DNA of 54,880 nucleotides from Candidatus Fermentibacter danicus (lineage in GTDB: Bacteria > Fermentibacterota > Fermentibacteria > Fermentibacterales > Fermentibacteraceae). The stretch spans positions 34,934-89,813 of the forward strand of contig LKHB01000185.1 in the NCBI GenBank assembly GCA_001618615.1, given 5' to 3'. Shown piece by piece: positions 1 to 9,174 of the stretch (position 1 is its first letter; every line of letters begins with the position of its first letter). The notes under the pieces were generated by a model. The model saw nothing but the letters and a program-made list of their open reading frames with translations. It was not told the DNA's origin and ran no database searches. The position numbers and the translations under genes are program-made.

Positions 1-218
1 CCGCCGGAGACGGCGCATGCGCGTTTCCATGACCATGCCGCCGAAACGAAGTGGATCTGAAGGACTATCATCGAGGCGATAAGGAGAAGGGGATCGAAGT
101 CCAGCAGGGCCGAGAGCCCTCCCGCGTCCCTTACGTTGGCGAGGGAGATCCGGACGAGGTAGTAGATCGAGACGAGAGTGAGCAGGATTCCGAGCATCAG
201 AGGGATGGTCCTGCGCAT
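1..218 (-). CDS. partial CDS (5' part only, runs off window start): integral membrane protein, family not assignable
   Basis: Hand translation of the minus strand from ATG (CAT at 216-218) gives MRRTIPLMLGILLTLVSIYYLVRISLANVRDAGGLSALLDFDPLLLIASMIVLQIHFVSAAWSWKRA... It has two hydrophobic helices and the frame is open to position 1. It is absent from the ORF track because it is truncated. Confidence 0.4.
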   Translation of the reverse strand, partial: MRRTIPLMLGILLTLVSIYYLVRISLANVRDAGGLSALLDFDPLLLIASMIVLQIHFVSAAWSWKRACAVSG

Positions 219-270
219 GAGGGGCTTGTTGGCAGCGCCCGCGCAGTGGATCGAGCCTCCGCCGTCGGGA

Positions 271-708
271 CTAGTCAAGCACCTTCACCCTTCCGCCGCT
301 CGACTTCGGCGCCTCCCTGGCCCCGAACCTGTCCCGGACGAATCCGACGAAATGAGGGAGACAGGCGGTGTCTATGATTGTCTCGAGGGTCTTCTCCTCC
401 GGAGGCGACAAGTCGATAAAAGCCCTGATCAGCCTCTTCTCGAGAAGCGACCTTCTCTTCTCCTCCGATTCTGAGGAATCGGACCGCCAGGCCTCGGGAT
501 CGTGGAGCCTCATGAGGAGGCGCCGGGCTTCGCGTTCGTCGTCCGTGACGGAGCAGGCCAGCAGCCATGCATCCCTCGTGCTCACGAGCTGGAAGAGCTG
601 TCTGCCGAGTATCTCCTCGTTCAGAATCTTCTTCCCGTAGAGGTCCCACATGCCGGCGAGCCTCTTCACGAGCTGATCCACAAGCTTCTTCCTGGTTGCG
701 TCATCCAT
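271..708 (-). CDS. hypothetical cytoplasmic protein (about 145 aa), no recognisable family
   Basis: ORF 271..765. I prefer the internal ATG at 708 (MDDATRKKLVDQLV...), which overlaps the hflX stop by 8 nt. It is co-directional with and directly downstream of hflX. Its composition is not the Arg/Gly/Pro-rich type of spurious high-GC frames. Confidence 0.55.
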   Translation of the reverse strand: MDDATRKKLVDQLVKRLAGMWDLYGKKILNEEILGRQLFQLVSTRDAWLLACSVTDDEREARRLLMRLHDPEAWRSDSSESEEKRRSLLEKRLIRAFIDLSPPEEKTLETIIDTACLPHFVGFVRDRFGAREAPKSSGGRVKVLD

Positions 709-2041
709 TACGACACCGCCCGGATTCGGAGGAACATGAGACATCGGCCCACGGGACCGGCTCAAGGGTCCAGGAGGACGGATCCTCGTCGGCGAGACGC
801 TCCCTGACGGATCCGATCCCCATCAAAGCCCCGGCCAGGGTTCTCGTGCCCTCTCCGGCTCTCTCGAAACTCTCCATGACGCAGTTCTCGTGCAGCCAGT
901 TCTCGAGGCGCCCGTCGGAACCCGAAAGAGTCAGCCGGAACCAGTCCAGCCTGCTTCGCCTCTCGCACTCGACGGCTGCGAGCAGATCAGGAAGCCCGGC
1001 GCCGGTCAGGGCGGAGACGAGAATGCCGCCCACAGGGGCGGAATCGGGCGATACGATGTCCATCTTGTTCCAGACCTGGAGCCTCGGAACTCCGCCGGCT
1101 CCGATCCTCTCGAGTGTAGCCCTGACGGATTCCGTCTGAAGGTCGCGGCAGGGATGCGACGCGTCCCCGACCAGTAGGAGCAGGTCCGCTTCCCTCACGA
1201 CCGACAGAGTGCTGTAGAAGCTTGCGATGAGTTCTTCAGGAAGCCTGTCGATGAATCCGACCGTATCCGAGAAGACGGTGCCGCCCCCCGGGGAATCCAG
1301 CCTCCTGGTCGTGGAGTCGAGCGTGGCGAACAGCTTGTCGGCGCTGTACGCCTCGGAGCCGCAGATGCTGTTCAGGAGCGTGCTCTTGCCTGTGTTAGTA
1401 TAGCCGGTCAGAGCGACGTTGAAGACATCGGAGCGTCTCCTGGACAGCCGGTCCCTCCTGCCTGCGATCCGCTCCAGCTCCTTCTCGAGAACTCTTATGC
1501 GCGCCCTGGCCTTCCTCTTGTCCACCTCGAGCTGAGTCTCGCCGGGCCCCCTGGTTCCGATGCCGCCTCCCAGCCTGGAAAGGTGGTGCCACATGCCGCT
1601 GAGGCGGGGCAGGGCATATCTGAGCTGGGCAAGCTCCACCTGCAGCTTTGATTCGGAGGTGCGCGCCTGTCTGGCGAAGATGGACATGATCAGTTCGGTC
1701 CTGTCCAGCACCTTGCAGCCGACGGCCTCCTCGAGGCGGGAGACCTGGGCGGGCGCGAGGTTATGGTCGAATACGACCGAAGTCACCCCGCAGGCTTCGA
1801 CGGAGGCCTTCAGCTCCTCGAGCTTGCCCTTCCCGACGAAGGTGGACGAATCGGGGAAAGCCCTGTTCTGAGAGACGGTCGCGACGACCCTGCCCCCGGC
1901 GGTCCGCACCAGGGATGCGAGTTCATCTGCGGCTCCCGGGGAGGGAGTCTCGCCCGACAGGGTCACGGAGACGGCCACGAAGAGTTCCTCCTCGGAACCC
2001 GGCCGCTCTGTTCCGCCTCCGAACGCCGGCCTGGATCCCAT
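701..2041 (-). CDS. hflX: GTPase HflX
   Basis: G1 GYTNTGKSTLLN, G3 DTVGF and G4 NKMD are present. The N-terminal HflX domain (FVGKGKLEEL..., LQVELAQLRYALPRL) is also present. Length 446 aa. Confidence 0.95.
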   Translation of the reverse strand: MGSRPAFGGGTERPGSEEELFVAVSVTLSGETPSPGAADELASLVRTAGGRVVATVSQNRAFPDSSTFVGKGKLEELKASVEACGVTSVVFDHNLAPAQVSRLEEAVGCKVLDRTELIMSIFARQARTSESKLQVELAQLRYALPRLSGMWHHLSRLGGGIGTRGPGETQLEVDKRKARARIRVLEKELERIAGRRDRLSRRRSDVFNVALTGYTNTGKSTLLNSICGSEAYSADKLFATLDSTTRRLDSPGGGTVFSDTVGFIDRLPEELIASFYSTLSVVREADLLLLVGDASHPCRDLQTESVRATLERIGAGGVPRLQVWNKMDIVSPDSAPVGGILVSALTGAGLPDLLAAVECERRSRLDWFRLTLSGSDGRLENWLHENCVMESFERAGEGTRTLAGALMGIGSVRERLADEDPSSWTLEPVPWADVSCSSESGRCRNG

Positions 2042-2046
2042 CCGTC

Positions 2047-2541
2047 TCAGCGCGAAGGCCTGATACCAGCCTGACGCTCGACCAGCTTTCTGGCCGATTC
2101 GACATCCAGCCGCTTGACGAGTGCGACTTCACCGGCCAGAACGCCTACCGCTTCGCAGAGAACACGCTTCTCGGAGGGATTGACCTTGCTGTGACCCGAC
2201 CTGGCGACGATGTCGCGGACGGCCGTGGAAACCTTTTGGGGATCGCCGCTGTGGACCCGCTCCCTGAGACTCTCTATTCTCCGGCGCCAGTCGCCCGGGA
2301 GTTCCTCGGGCTGGCCGGAGAGCATGTCGAGGGCGGTGTCGAGCGTTGACTCGTCGACAATGTGACGAAGTCCGGTGTCGTCCAGGCTCTCCACAGGGAG
2401 AAGAACCCCGGCGTTGCCTACCATGAGATCCACCACGACACATTCCGTGCATTCTCCGGAAATGTTCTTGACGGAGATGTCGCTTATCCGACCGGCTCCA
2501 TGGATCGGATGCACGACCATGTCGCTGACCGAGAAGCTCAT
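2047..2541 (-). CDS. carD: CarD/CdnL family RNA-polymerase-binding transcription factor
   Basis: N-terminal CarD_CdnL_TRCF-type motif (MSFSVSDMVVHPIHGAGRI...) followed by a helical C-terminal half. ATG 2541 is preferred over the longest-ORF start at 2592. Confidence 0.85.
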   Translation of the reverse strand: MSFSVSDMVVHPIHGAGRISDISVKNISGECTECVVVDLMVGNAGVLLPVESLDDTGLRHIVDESTLDTALDMLSGQPEELPGDWRRRIESLRERVHSGDPQKVSTAVRDIVARSGHSKVNPSEKRVLCEAVGVLAGEVALVKRLDVESARKLVERQAGIRPSR

Positions 2542-2596
2542 ACGCTCCGTCTGCACGACTCCAGACGAGACGCCCGCAACTTCAGACGGCATTCTA

Positions 2597-4228
2597 TCAA
2601 CTCCTACCTAAGAGAACCCAGAAGTCTGGAACGAGAACACTGTCAGGTGGACCGGCAACTTCGTCGGAGACGGCCTGCAGCAACCGCCTCACGCTTGATT
2701 CGAACTCCGGAAGCAATCCGGAATCCGTCCGATACAGGAAAGTCGTCGTATTCAGCAGAGCCGGCAGCCCCGTCTCCTCGTTGGGGCTCCTGTCACCGTC
2801 CCTGGTATCGACGACGGATATAAGATACTCAATTCCTCCGAGTTCGACACATCGCCCGTCCAGAAGCCCCCTCGTCCAGGTGGCCGGCCCTGCCCCGTCC
2901 AGTGTGTACTGGAGCCCCTGGTTCACCACGTCTACATAAATGGTGTCAACCGGTGAAACGGGGTCCGACAGGACAGACCGGTTGACTCCGGGGTAGGACA
3001 GGTCCGTGCCGAGGAGGATGGTCACATCCACCGGCAGTATCACGATCGACGTGTCGGCGGCCGTGAGGCTCTCGGCGAGGGGCCAGGCGGGCTGATCCGA
3101 AAGAGGGGAGCCGATGTCGGCCCTGCGCAGGAGGAGCACCGAAGTCGCCCTCCTGGTTCCGGTGGACGTATACGCATAGGGATAGTCCCGCGCCGGCCCC
3201 TCCCTGAAGGATGCGGCGGCGCCGCCCGTTCCGGTGCAGTTGGATATCCAGACGACCGTCTCCAGCGGGGAGGCGGAAGGAACGGCCGGGGTATCCGCAG
3301 GCAGTGTGTCGACCTGTACCGCCGGCAGCGTGTCGGTTGGAGGCTGGATTTCCTCCGGAGGGGCGTCGCCCCGCCCTCCGCGGGGACCGGGGGCGAAGAG
3401 TATGTAGGCGGCGGCGAGCATTGCCAGCCCGGCGATAGTGATTATCGGCAGGAGGCCTTTGCGCCTCCCTTTGTCACGGCCCTCTCCTTCCACTTCCGCC
3501 CGGATCTCCTCGAAACCGCGCGGTTCGGCCGCGACGGGGGGCGGAACCGCCAGAGGAAGCGCCTTCAGGGCAGAGAGCATCTCGGCTATGTTCGAATACC
3601 TGTCCTCGACGTCCTCCGCGACCATCTTCTCCACCACGCTCCTCAGGTCGGGATCCATGTCGTTCCAAGCGCGGATTATGGATTCGTGGTTGTCCGCTCC
3701 GGACAGGATTCTGGTGAGGAAGGTGCCGAGGGCGAAAATGTCGCTTCTGGGGTCGAGCGGCCTGGAACCGACGGCTTCCGGGGCGGCGAAATGACTGGAC
3801 GGAACCCCCCTGAGGCCGGCCGTGATGGAGATGCTTCCATCGTGGGCGGCATAGACGCTCTCCGGGCCGATGTATCCGAGAACGATCCCCTTCAGGTGAA
3901 GGTTCCTCAATATCCCGGCGACCGAGATGACGATGTCCACGGCCCTGCGGGCGGGAATGCCCTCCCGGGAAAGATCCTCGATGAGCGCCCTGCCCATGAT
4001 GTCCCTGAAGAAGAGCAGCCTGTGCCCCGAATCCACCCTCCTGTCCGCGACAGGCTTCATCAGCCCCTGGACGGAGGGCCAGGCGGTCGCCTGACCGCCG
4101 GCATCGACCGCTGAGGCCTCGGCGTAGCAGACGCCTCCGCGGACGTCGACCTTGGCCAGCAGATAGCCCTCCTCTTCCAGAATGATCTGGCGGATGCGGG
4201 CCGAACGGGAGAGGACTTCAGAAAGCAT
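2597..4228 (-). CDS. membrane-anchored Ser/Thr-kinase-like protein (predicted pseudokinase) with two extracytoplasmic LytR_C-like modules
   Basis: The kinase C-lobe is recognisable (AAPEAVGSRPLDPRSDIFALGTFLTRILSG). The HRDLKPEN position reads LGYIGPES and DFG reads TAG. One TM helix (LLPIITIAGLAMLAAAYILFA), then a Pro-rich linker, then VVWISNCTGTGGAAASF... and IYVDVVNQGLQ... ending DFWVLLGRS (LytR_C-like). Confidence 0.75.
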   Translation of the reverse strand: MLSEVLSRSARIRQIILEEEGYLLAKVDVRGGVCYAEASAVDAGGQATAWPSVQGLMKPVADRRVDSGHRLLFFRDIMGRALIEDLSREGIPARRAVDIVISVAGILRNLHLKGIVLGYIGPESVYAAHDGSISITAGLRGVPSSHFAAPEAVGSRPLDPRSDIFALGTFLTRILSGADNHESIIRAWNDMDPDLRSVVEKMVAEDVEDRYSNIAEMLSALKALPLAVPPPVAAEPRGFEEIRAEVEGEGRDKGRRKGLLPIITIAGLAMLAAAYILFAPGPRGGRGDAPPEEIQPPTDTLPAVQVDTLPADTPAVPSASPLETVVWISNCTGTGGAAASFREGPARDYPYAYTSTGTRRATSVLLLRRADIGSPLSDQPAWPLAESLTAADTSIVILPVDVTILLGTDLSYPGVNRSVLSDPVSPVDTIYVDVVNQGLQYTLDGAGPATWTRGLLDGRCVELGGIEYLISVVDTRDGDRSPNEETGLPALLNTTTFLYRTDSGLLPEFESSVRRLLQAVSDEVAGPPDSVLVPDFWVLLGRS

Positions 4229-5702
4229 CTGTCTCTGTCGAATAGTTGGGGGCTTCCTTGGTGATCAGCACATCGTGGGCATGGCTCTCGCGCAGTCCGG
4301 CGGAAGTGATCCTGACGAACCTCGCCTTCGCGGAAAGCTCGGAGAGATTCGCGGCGCCGACGTAGCCCATTCCTGCCCTGAGCCCTCCATTGAGCTGCAG
4401 GACGTAATCCTTGAGGGGGCCCTTGAACGGAACCATTCCCTCTATGCCCTCGGGGACGAGCTTCCCCGGATCGCGACCCTCCTGGAAGTACCTGTCCGCG
4501 CTGCCCTCCCGCATGGCGCCCAGAGAGCCCATACCGCGATAAATCTTGAATTTGCGGCCCTTGTAGATGATGGTTTCCCCGGGGCTCTCCGAGGTTCCGG
4601 CGAAGAGGCTGCCTATCATCACGGCGCCTGCACCCGCCGCGAGCGCCTTGATGATGTCGCCCGAATACTTGATGCCTCCGTCGGCGATCGTGCAGAGCCC
4701 CCTGGCGGATGCCGCGCGGGAGCACTCGATCACTGCGCTTATCTGGGGACAGCCGACGCCGGCGATCACTCTCGTCGTGCAGATCGAGCCCGGACCGACA
4801 CCGATCTTGATGCAGTCCGCTCCTGCATCGGCCAGAGCGTCGACGGCCTCCGGCGTGACCACGTTCCCCGCGACGATGGCCATTTCGCGATAATCGGCGC
4901 GCAGTGAGCGGACCATTTCTATGACCCGCGAGGAGTGTCCGTGGGCGGTGTCGACGAACAGGCAGTCGACCCCGACATCGACGAGCGCAGCGGCCCTTTC
5001 GACCGCCTCATTCCCCACGCCGACCGCCGCGCCCACCCTGAGACTGCCTCTCGAATCCTTGCATGCGTCCGGGTAGGCGATCGCCTTCCGCACGTCCTTG
5101 GCGGTGACGAGCCCCTTCACCCGCATTTCATCGTCTACGAGGGGAAGCTTCTCCAGCTTGTGCTCCCGCAGCATGAGGAGAGCCTCCTTGGCGTCGGTTC
5201 CCTGCGGGGCGGTGACAATCCGTTCGACCGGAGTCATCAGTTCGCGGACAGGCCTGTCCATGTCCTCCTCGAACTGGTAGTCGCGGTTGGTGAGCATCCC
5301 CACCAGCCTGTCCCCATCGACCACGGGGAACCCGGACACTCCGTTCCGTTCCGCAAGGACTACCGCGTCGCGGAAGACCGCATCGACGGAGATGGTCACC
5401 GGATCGACCACTATCCCGCTCTCGGACCTCTTGACCCGTCTGACGTGGCCGCACTGGGACTCGATGGACATGTTCTTGTGAACGACCCCCATCCCGCCTT
5501 CCTGAGCGAGGGCAATGGCCATCTCCGACTCCGTAACGGTGTCCATTGCGGCGCTCAGGACAGGGATGCGGAGGGAGATGTCGCGGGCGAGGCGGGTTCC
5601 CAGATCTACTTCGGAGGGAAGAACTTCAGAGTAGCCTGGAAGCAGGAGAACGTCGTCGAAGGTAAACTTCTCGGGCCAGTCCGTTCCGGATTGGAGCGTC
5701 AT
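4218..5702 (-). CDS. guaB: IMP dehydrogenase
   Basis: Catalytic loop [26 protein letters not shown] and an inserted CBS pair. Start is ATG 5702 ([23 protein letters not shown]). The upstream 62 codons of ORF 4218..5888 overlap the neighbouring gene in another frame. Confidence 0.97.
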   Translation of the reverse strand: MTLQSGTDWPEKFTFDDVLLLPGYSEVLPSEVDLGTRLARDISLRIPVLSAAMDTVTESEMAIALAQEGGMGVVHKNMSIESQCGHVRRVKRSESGIVVDPVTISVDAVFRDAVVLAERNGVSGFPVVDGDRLVGMLTNRDYQFEEDMDRPVRELMTPVERIVTAPQGTDAKEALLMLREHKLEKLPLVDDEMRVKGLVTAKDVRKAIAYPDACKDSRGSLRVGAAVGVGNEAVERAAALVDVGVDCLFVDTAHGHSSRVIEMVRSLRADYREMAIVAGNVVTPEAVDALADAGADCIKIGVGPGSICTTRVIAGVGCPQISAVIECSRAASARGLCTIADGGIKYSGDIIKALAAGAGAVMIGSLFAGTSESPGETIIYKGRKFKIYRGMGSLGAMREGSADRYFQEGRDPGKLVPEGIEGMVPFKGPLKDYVLQLNGGLRAGMGYVGAANLSELSAKARFVRITSAGLRESHAHDVLITKEAPNYSTETDAF

Positions 5703-5707
5703 GCGGA

Positions 5708-6061
5708 CTAGTCGGCCCAGTAGATGATGCGGCCGCAGATCGAGCAGGTCTGGACCTGTTCGTTCCTGTCGCCGGCATAGTTGACCGAGGTCGGAAGCAT
5801 GGTGAAGCATCCGCTGCACCTGTTGTGCACCACCGGTACGACGGCATTGCTGTACCTTGCGCAGACCTGGCAATAGAGGGAGAACCATCTCTTGCGGATC
5901 GACTCGACCAGAATGCCCCTCATCTTGCCCAGTTCGACCAGAGCCTGCTCCGGGGAGAGACCGAGCCCCTCCTCCTGCTGCCGGATGTCCGCCCGGCCGA
6001 GATCCGCGATCATCGTGTCGAGGTCGTTGAGACTGATGAGCTTCTCGAGATCCTGATGCAT
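5708..6061 (-). CDS. short C4-type zinc-ribbon protein (COG1579/DUF164-like C-terminus)
   Basis: Three CxxC pairs (CQVC, CSGC, CSIC) and the terminal CGRIIYW motif. Start ATG 6061 (MHQDLEKL...) lies immediately after the stop of the upstream gene at 6063. Confidence 0.65.
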   Translation of the reverse strand: MHQDLEKLISLNDLDTMIADLGRADIRQQEEGLGLSPEQALVELGKMRGILVESIRKRWFSLYCQVCARYSNAVVPVVHNRCSGCFTMLPTSVNYAGDRNEQVQTCSICGRIIYWAD

Positions 6062-6062
6062 C

Positions 6063-6503
6063 TTACCCGCCCTGGATGATGGATAGTCCCAGCAGCCCGG
6101 CAAGCCTCTCGGGCGAGTCGGCGCCGGTGATTTTCTCCGGCCCGTTTGTCTTCATCTGATTCGCGAGGTGGGCGATGAGGTTCATGTGCTCCTGGGGGCC
6201 GCTGAGCTTGACCGGCGAAATGAACATCACCACGACCCTCGCGGGTTCCTCTGGCCAGGGGATGCCGGAATCCGACTTTCCGATCGCTATGACCATGTCG
6301 TCCACCAGGATGCTCCTGCAGTGGGGCATCGCGATGCCGGTGGTCACAAGCGTGGCGCCGGCCTGCTCCCTGATCTGCAGGGCCTTGAGGAGCATCTCGC
6401 GGGAATGGGAACCGATTCCCGGAACCGAGGACAGGAGTTCCGATAGCGCAGATTCACGGTCTGTTGACTGGAGGTTCCACACGCAGTAGCATGATTTGTT
6501 CAA
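6063..6503 (-). CDS. ptsN: PTS EIIA type-2 domain protein (PtsN/EIIA-Ntr-like)
   Basis: 146 aa with an EIIA_2 layout and a phosphorylatable His in GIAMPHCR. TTG start at 6503 is preceded by AAAGGAG with a 6-nt spacer. Confidence 0.8.
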   Translation of the reverse strand: MNKSCYCVWNLQSTDRESALSELLSSVPGIGSHSREMLLKALQIREQAGATLVTTGIAMPHCRSILVDDMVIAIGKSDSGIPWPEEPARVVVMFISPVKLSGPQEHMNLIAHLANQMKTNGPEKITGADSPERLAGLLGLSIIQGG

Positions 6504-6597
6504 GCGATACTCCTTTGCAGACTGGTTCTGTGAATATAGGTTTGTCCGGCCGGCATGAAAAGAAGCCTGCGAGTGTCAGCCCGGCCCTGCTGCGGGG

Positions 6598-9171
6598 TTG
6601 CCGGCCTCTCATGTGAACAGGGTCCGGACTGTGAGGAAGGAACCGTTGACTCTTCCTGAATCCGTGGCTGTTCTGAGGGTCAGGGGAGGCGTCGCCTCGG
6701 GCAACGAAGCCTTCGACAGGCTCACCGGGGGCAGGGACGATCTCAGATCGGTCATAGCCGACATGCCTTCAGGTGTCTGGCCTGTCGCCATGGAGGACGG
6801 GGGACTCCTCTCCGTCTTTTCCATGCCCCACGGGAACGAGCGGATGATGATCGTCCGGAGGACGGACAGGGAAAGCTACGCCTCCTTCCTCTCGACGATG
6901 AGCGAAGGGATCATCTCGGTACTCTTCGATTCCCGCGGGACGATACTCGCGTCCTCCCCCCCGGCCGACGCACCGGGACCGTACGACATCTCCGACCGGG
7001 ACGACATCTCCCGGATCATCGCTCCAAAAGACCTCCCGACGTTCTGGACCGCCGTGTCGGAATGCCGCAACCTCGAGACGGTGCATCCCTTCAGCATCTC
7101 GATCATCCACGGCGATGCGCCGATCTCCCTGATAGCATCCCTGAGACAGCTTCCAGGCGGCCTCTTCCTGCTGGGACTGTCTGCGCCCACCTTCGATCCC
7201 GCCGAACTCAGCCCGCCGGAGAATTCGGCATTCGACACGGTTTTCGGCAGCATTCCGACTCCCGCCGTCGTGATCGGTCCTGACGGAAGGATCATCAGGG
7301 TCAACGACGCCACCATTGCGTTCGCCAAGTCACACGGTGCCAATGATATATCGGGCAGCGACTTCCTGGAGTGGGTGGCGGAGAGCGACAAGGCCGGAAT
7401 GGCATCGACGCACGAACTGCGCATGAACAAGGGTTTCGCCCCCTTCAGGAGATCCGTGAAGCTCCTGACGCCGGACGGAGCCGAGGTGCCCGTGGAGATC
7501 ACGACGCTTCTGCTCCCCGACGGGGAGGACACTCTGGTCTTCGTCCTTCCCACCTTCGACGGGGCCGCCCCGGACCCTTCCGCCGGACTCGTCGGCTCGC
7601 TCTCCCGCATCCTGGACGAGAGCAGGGACCAGACAGAGCAGATCAAGACGGCACTCGACCTGCTGAAGGCCGGAACCAGAGCCTCGGGAGTCTCCATACT
7701 GGCCGGCGGCAGGCTCCATGCCTCGGGCGACGTCCCTCTGGACACGGAGACCCTGGTCGACAGGAATCCCTCTTCCGACGGCAGCGGGCAGGATTGGACG
7801 AGATCCGGGGACGGCACCTACACGTACCAGACGTCCATGCGCCTCAGGAGCGGGATGGCCAGAGTCACCCTGTACGGCCTGGATTCGCCTTCGTCTTCGG
7901 CGGTCTCGAGGCTCGTGCTTTCGATCTCCCCTTATCTGGTCGACTGCTTCGTCACTCTGTCGGCGCAGAAGAGCATTCTCAACGCCGCCTCCGCCATCCT
8001 GGACACCTGGGACTTCATGGGAATGGGGGATTCGGGCCCCGAGAAGTTCCTGGCGAGGGCCGCCGACGTGACCGGAGCGGAGGCGATGATAGTCTGGGGC
8101 GCACCGGGGCCGGACGGATCGCTCCAGCCGGTCGTCTTCACTGGTGTTTCGAGCGGGCCGGACCCGCTGGACCTCAATTCGGAGACCGCCCCCGGGTGGT
8201 CATATGCGCACAGCGAACCGGTCTATGTGGCGGATTCCTCTACGGACGGGCGGTTCAGCTCTTCGATCCGGGGTTTCCGGAGCGAAGTGGCCGTTCCGCT
8301 GCTCCGCAGGCAGGGAAGGGCGACCGGTGTGCTCCTTGCGCTTTCAAGACAGCCGGGCGCCTTCCCGAACCCGGCTCCCAACCTGGTGCGGCTCATATCG
8401 ATCCCGCTGTCTCTCTGGCTGTTTCCGGAAAACCGCGTGCAGGCGGAGGGCCGGACCGGCTCTGCAAACGATCAGTCGGGCATGGCCGAGATGGAGGACG
8501 TCCTGCTCAGCCTGAGCCACAGACTCCGCTCCCCGGTGACTGCGATGAAGGGGTTCTGCGACATGCTGTCTTCGAAGAGGCTCGGTCCGCTGAACGAGGA
8601 ACAGCTCGATGCGGTCGAATCCCTGTCGCGATCTTCGAAACAGATCTTCGAGCAGCTCGAGAGGCTCCTCTCCTTCCTCAGGCTCGAACTCCAGCCGGAT
8701 CGCATGGAGGGATCGTGGGGCAGGCCTGCGGAGATTCTGGAGGCGGTGCTGGAGAACCTCGCGCCAAGGATCGGCGAGCGCGACCTCCAGATCCATACCG
8801 ACATTCCCCAGACGGCATTCACGGCTTTCTTCGACCGTCAGCGCCTCGAGGAGGTCATCTGGAACCTGCTGGACAACGCCGTCAAGTTCACGGCGCCGGG
8901 CGGTTCGATCAACGTCAGGATGCGCAGCGAAAGCTCCTCCTGGACCCTGGACGTCGAGGACACCGGAACCGGCATTCCCGCCAAGTCCCTGCCCTACGTC
9001 TTCGATCGCTTCTACAGGGGCGGCGGGGACGATTCCCAGGGCCTGGGAATCGGGCTCTCCATCGTGCGCAGATTCACCGAGGCGATGGGAGGAACGATCA
9101 ACGTCTTCAGCCGTGAGGGGCGGGGCTCCCGCTTCATGCTGCGGCTGCCGGTGCCGGGCAGACAGGAGTAG
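6598..9171 (+). CDS. cytoplasmic sensor histidine kinase (PAS + GAF + HisKA + HATPase_c)
   Basis: H-box SHRLRSPVTAMKGFCDML, N-box NLLDNAVKFT, G1 DTGTGIP, G2 GLGIGLSIV. A PAS-like segment is near FDTVFGSIPTPAVVIGPDGRII. A GAF-like segment is near VYVADSSTDGRF...EVAVPLL. No TM helix seen. Confidence 0.9.
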   Translation: MPASHVNRVRTVRKEPLTLPESVAVLRVRGGVASGNEAFDRLTGGRDDLRSVIADMPSGVWPVAMEDGGLLSVFSMPHGNERMMIVRRTDRESYASFLSTMSEGIISVLFDSRGTILASSPPADAPGPYDISDRDDISRIIAPKDLPTFWTAVSECRNLETVHPFSISIIHGDAPISLIASLRQLPGGLFLLGLSAPTFDPAELSPPENSAFDTVFGSIPTPAVVIGPDGRIIRVNDATIAFAKSHGANDISGSDFLEWVAESDKAGMASTHELRMNKGFAPFRRSVKLLTPDGAEVPVEITTLLLPDGEDTLVFVLPTFDGAAPDPSAGLVGSLSRILDESRDQTEQIKTALDLLKAGTRASGVSILAGGRLHASGDVPLDTETLVDRNPSSDGSGQDWTRSGDGTYTYQTSMRLRSGMARVTLYGLDSPSSSAVSRLVLSISPYLVDCFVTLSAQKSILNAASAILDTWDFMGMGDSGPEKFLARAADVTGAEAMIVWGAPGPDGSLQPVVFTGVSSGPDPLDLNSETAPGWSYAHSEPVYVADSSTDGRFSSSIRGFRSEVAVPLLRRQGRATGVLLALSRQPGAFPNPAPNLVRLISIPLSLWLFPENRVQAEGRTGSANDQSGMAEMEDVLLSLSHRLRSPVTAMKGFCDMLSSKRLGPLNEEQLDAVESLSRSSKQIFEQLERLLSFLRLELQPDRMEGSWGRPAEILEAVLENLAPRIGERDLQIHTDIPQTAFTAFFDRQRLEEVIWNLLDNAVKFTAPGGSINVRMRSESSSWTLDVEDTGTGIPAKSLPYVFDRFYRGGGDDSQGLGIGLSIVRRFTEAMGGTINVFSREGRGSRFMLRLPVPGRQE

Positions 9172-9174
9172 AGT

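Noticed and set aside
5703-5888. Upstream 62 codons of the guaB longest ORF.
   Set aside because: They overlap the zinc-ribbon gene. IMPDH homology begins at MTLQSG... (ATG 5702).
6545-6575. GGCATGAAAAGAAGC sigma54-like string in the ptsN/kinase divergent spacer.
   Set aside because: The GG-N11-GC spacing is off by one and the flanking consensus is missing.
7371-9116. 581-aa ORF on the + strand inside the histidine kinase gene, in an alternative frame.
   Set aside because: The translation is dominated by Arg/Gly/Pro/Ala, typical of off-frame reading of high-GC coding DNA. It is fully nested in a gene with clear kinase motifs.
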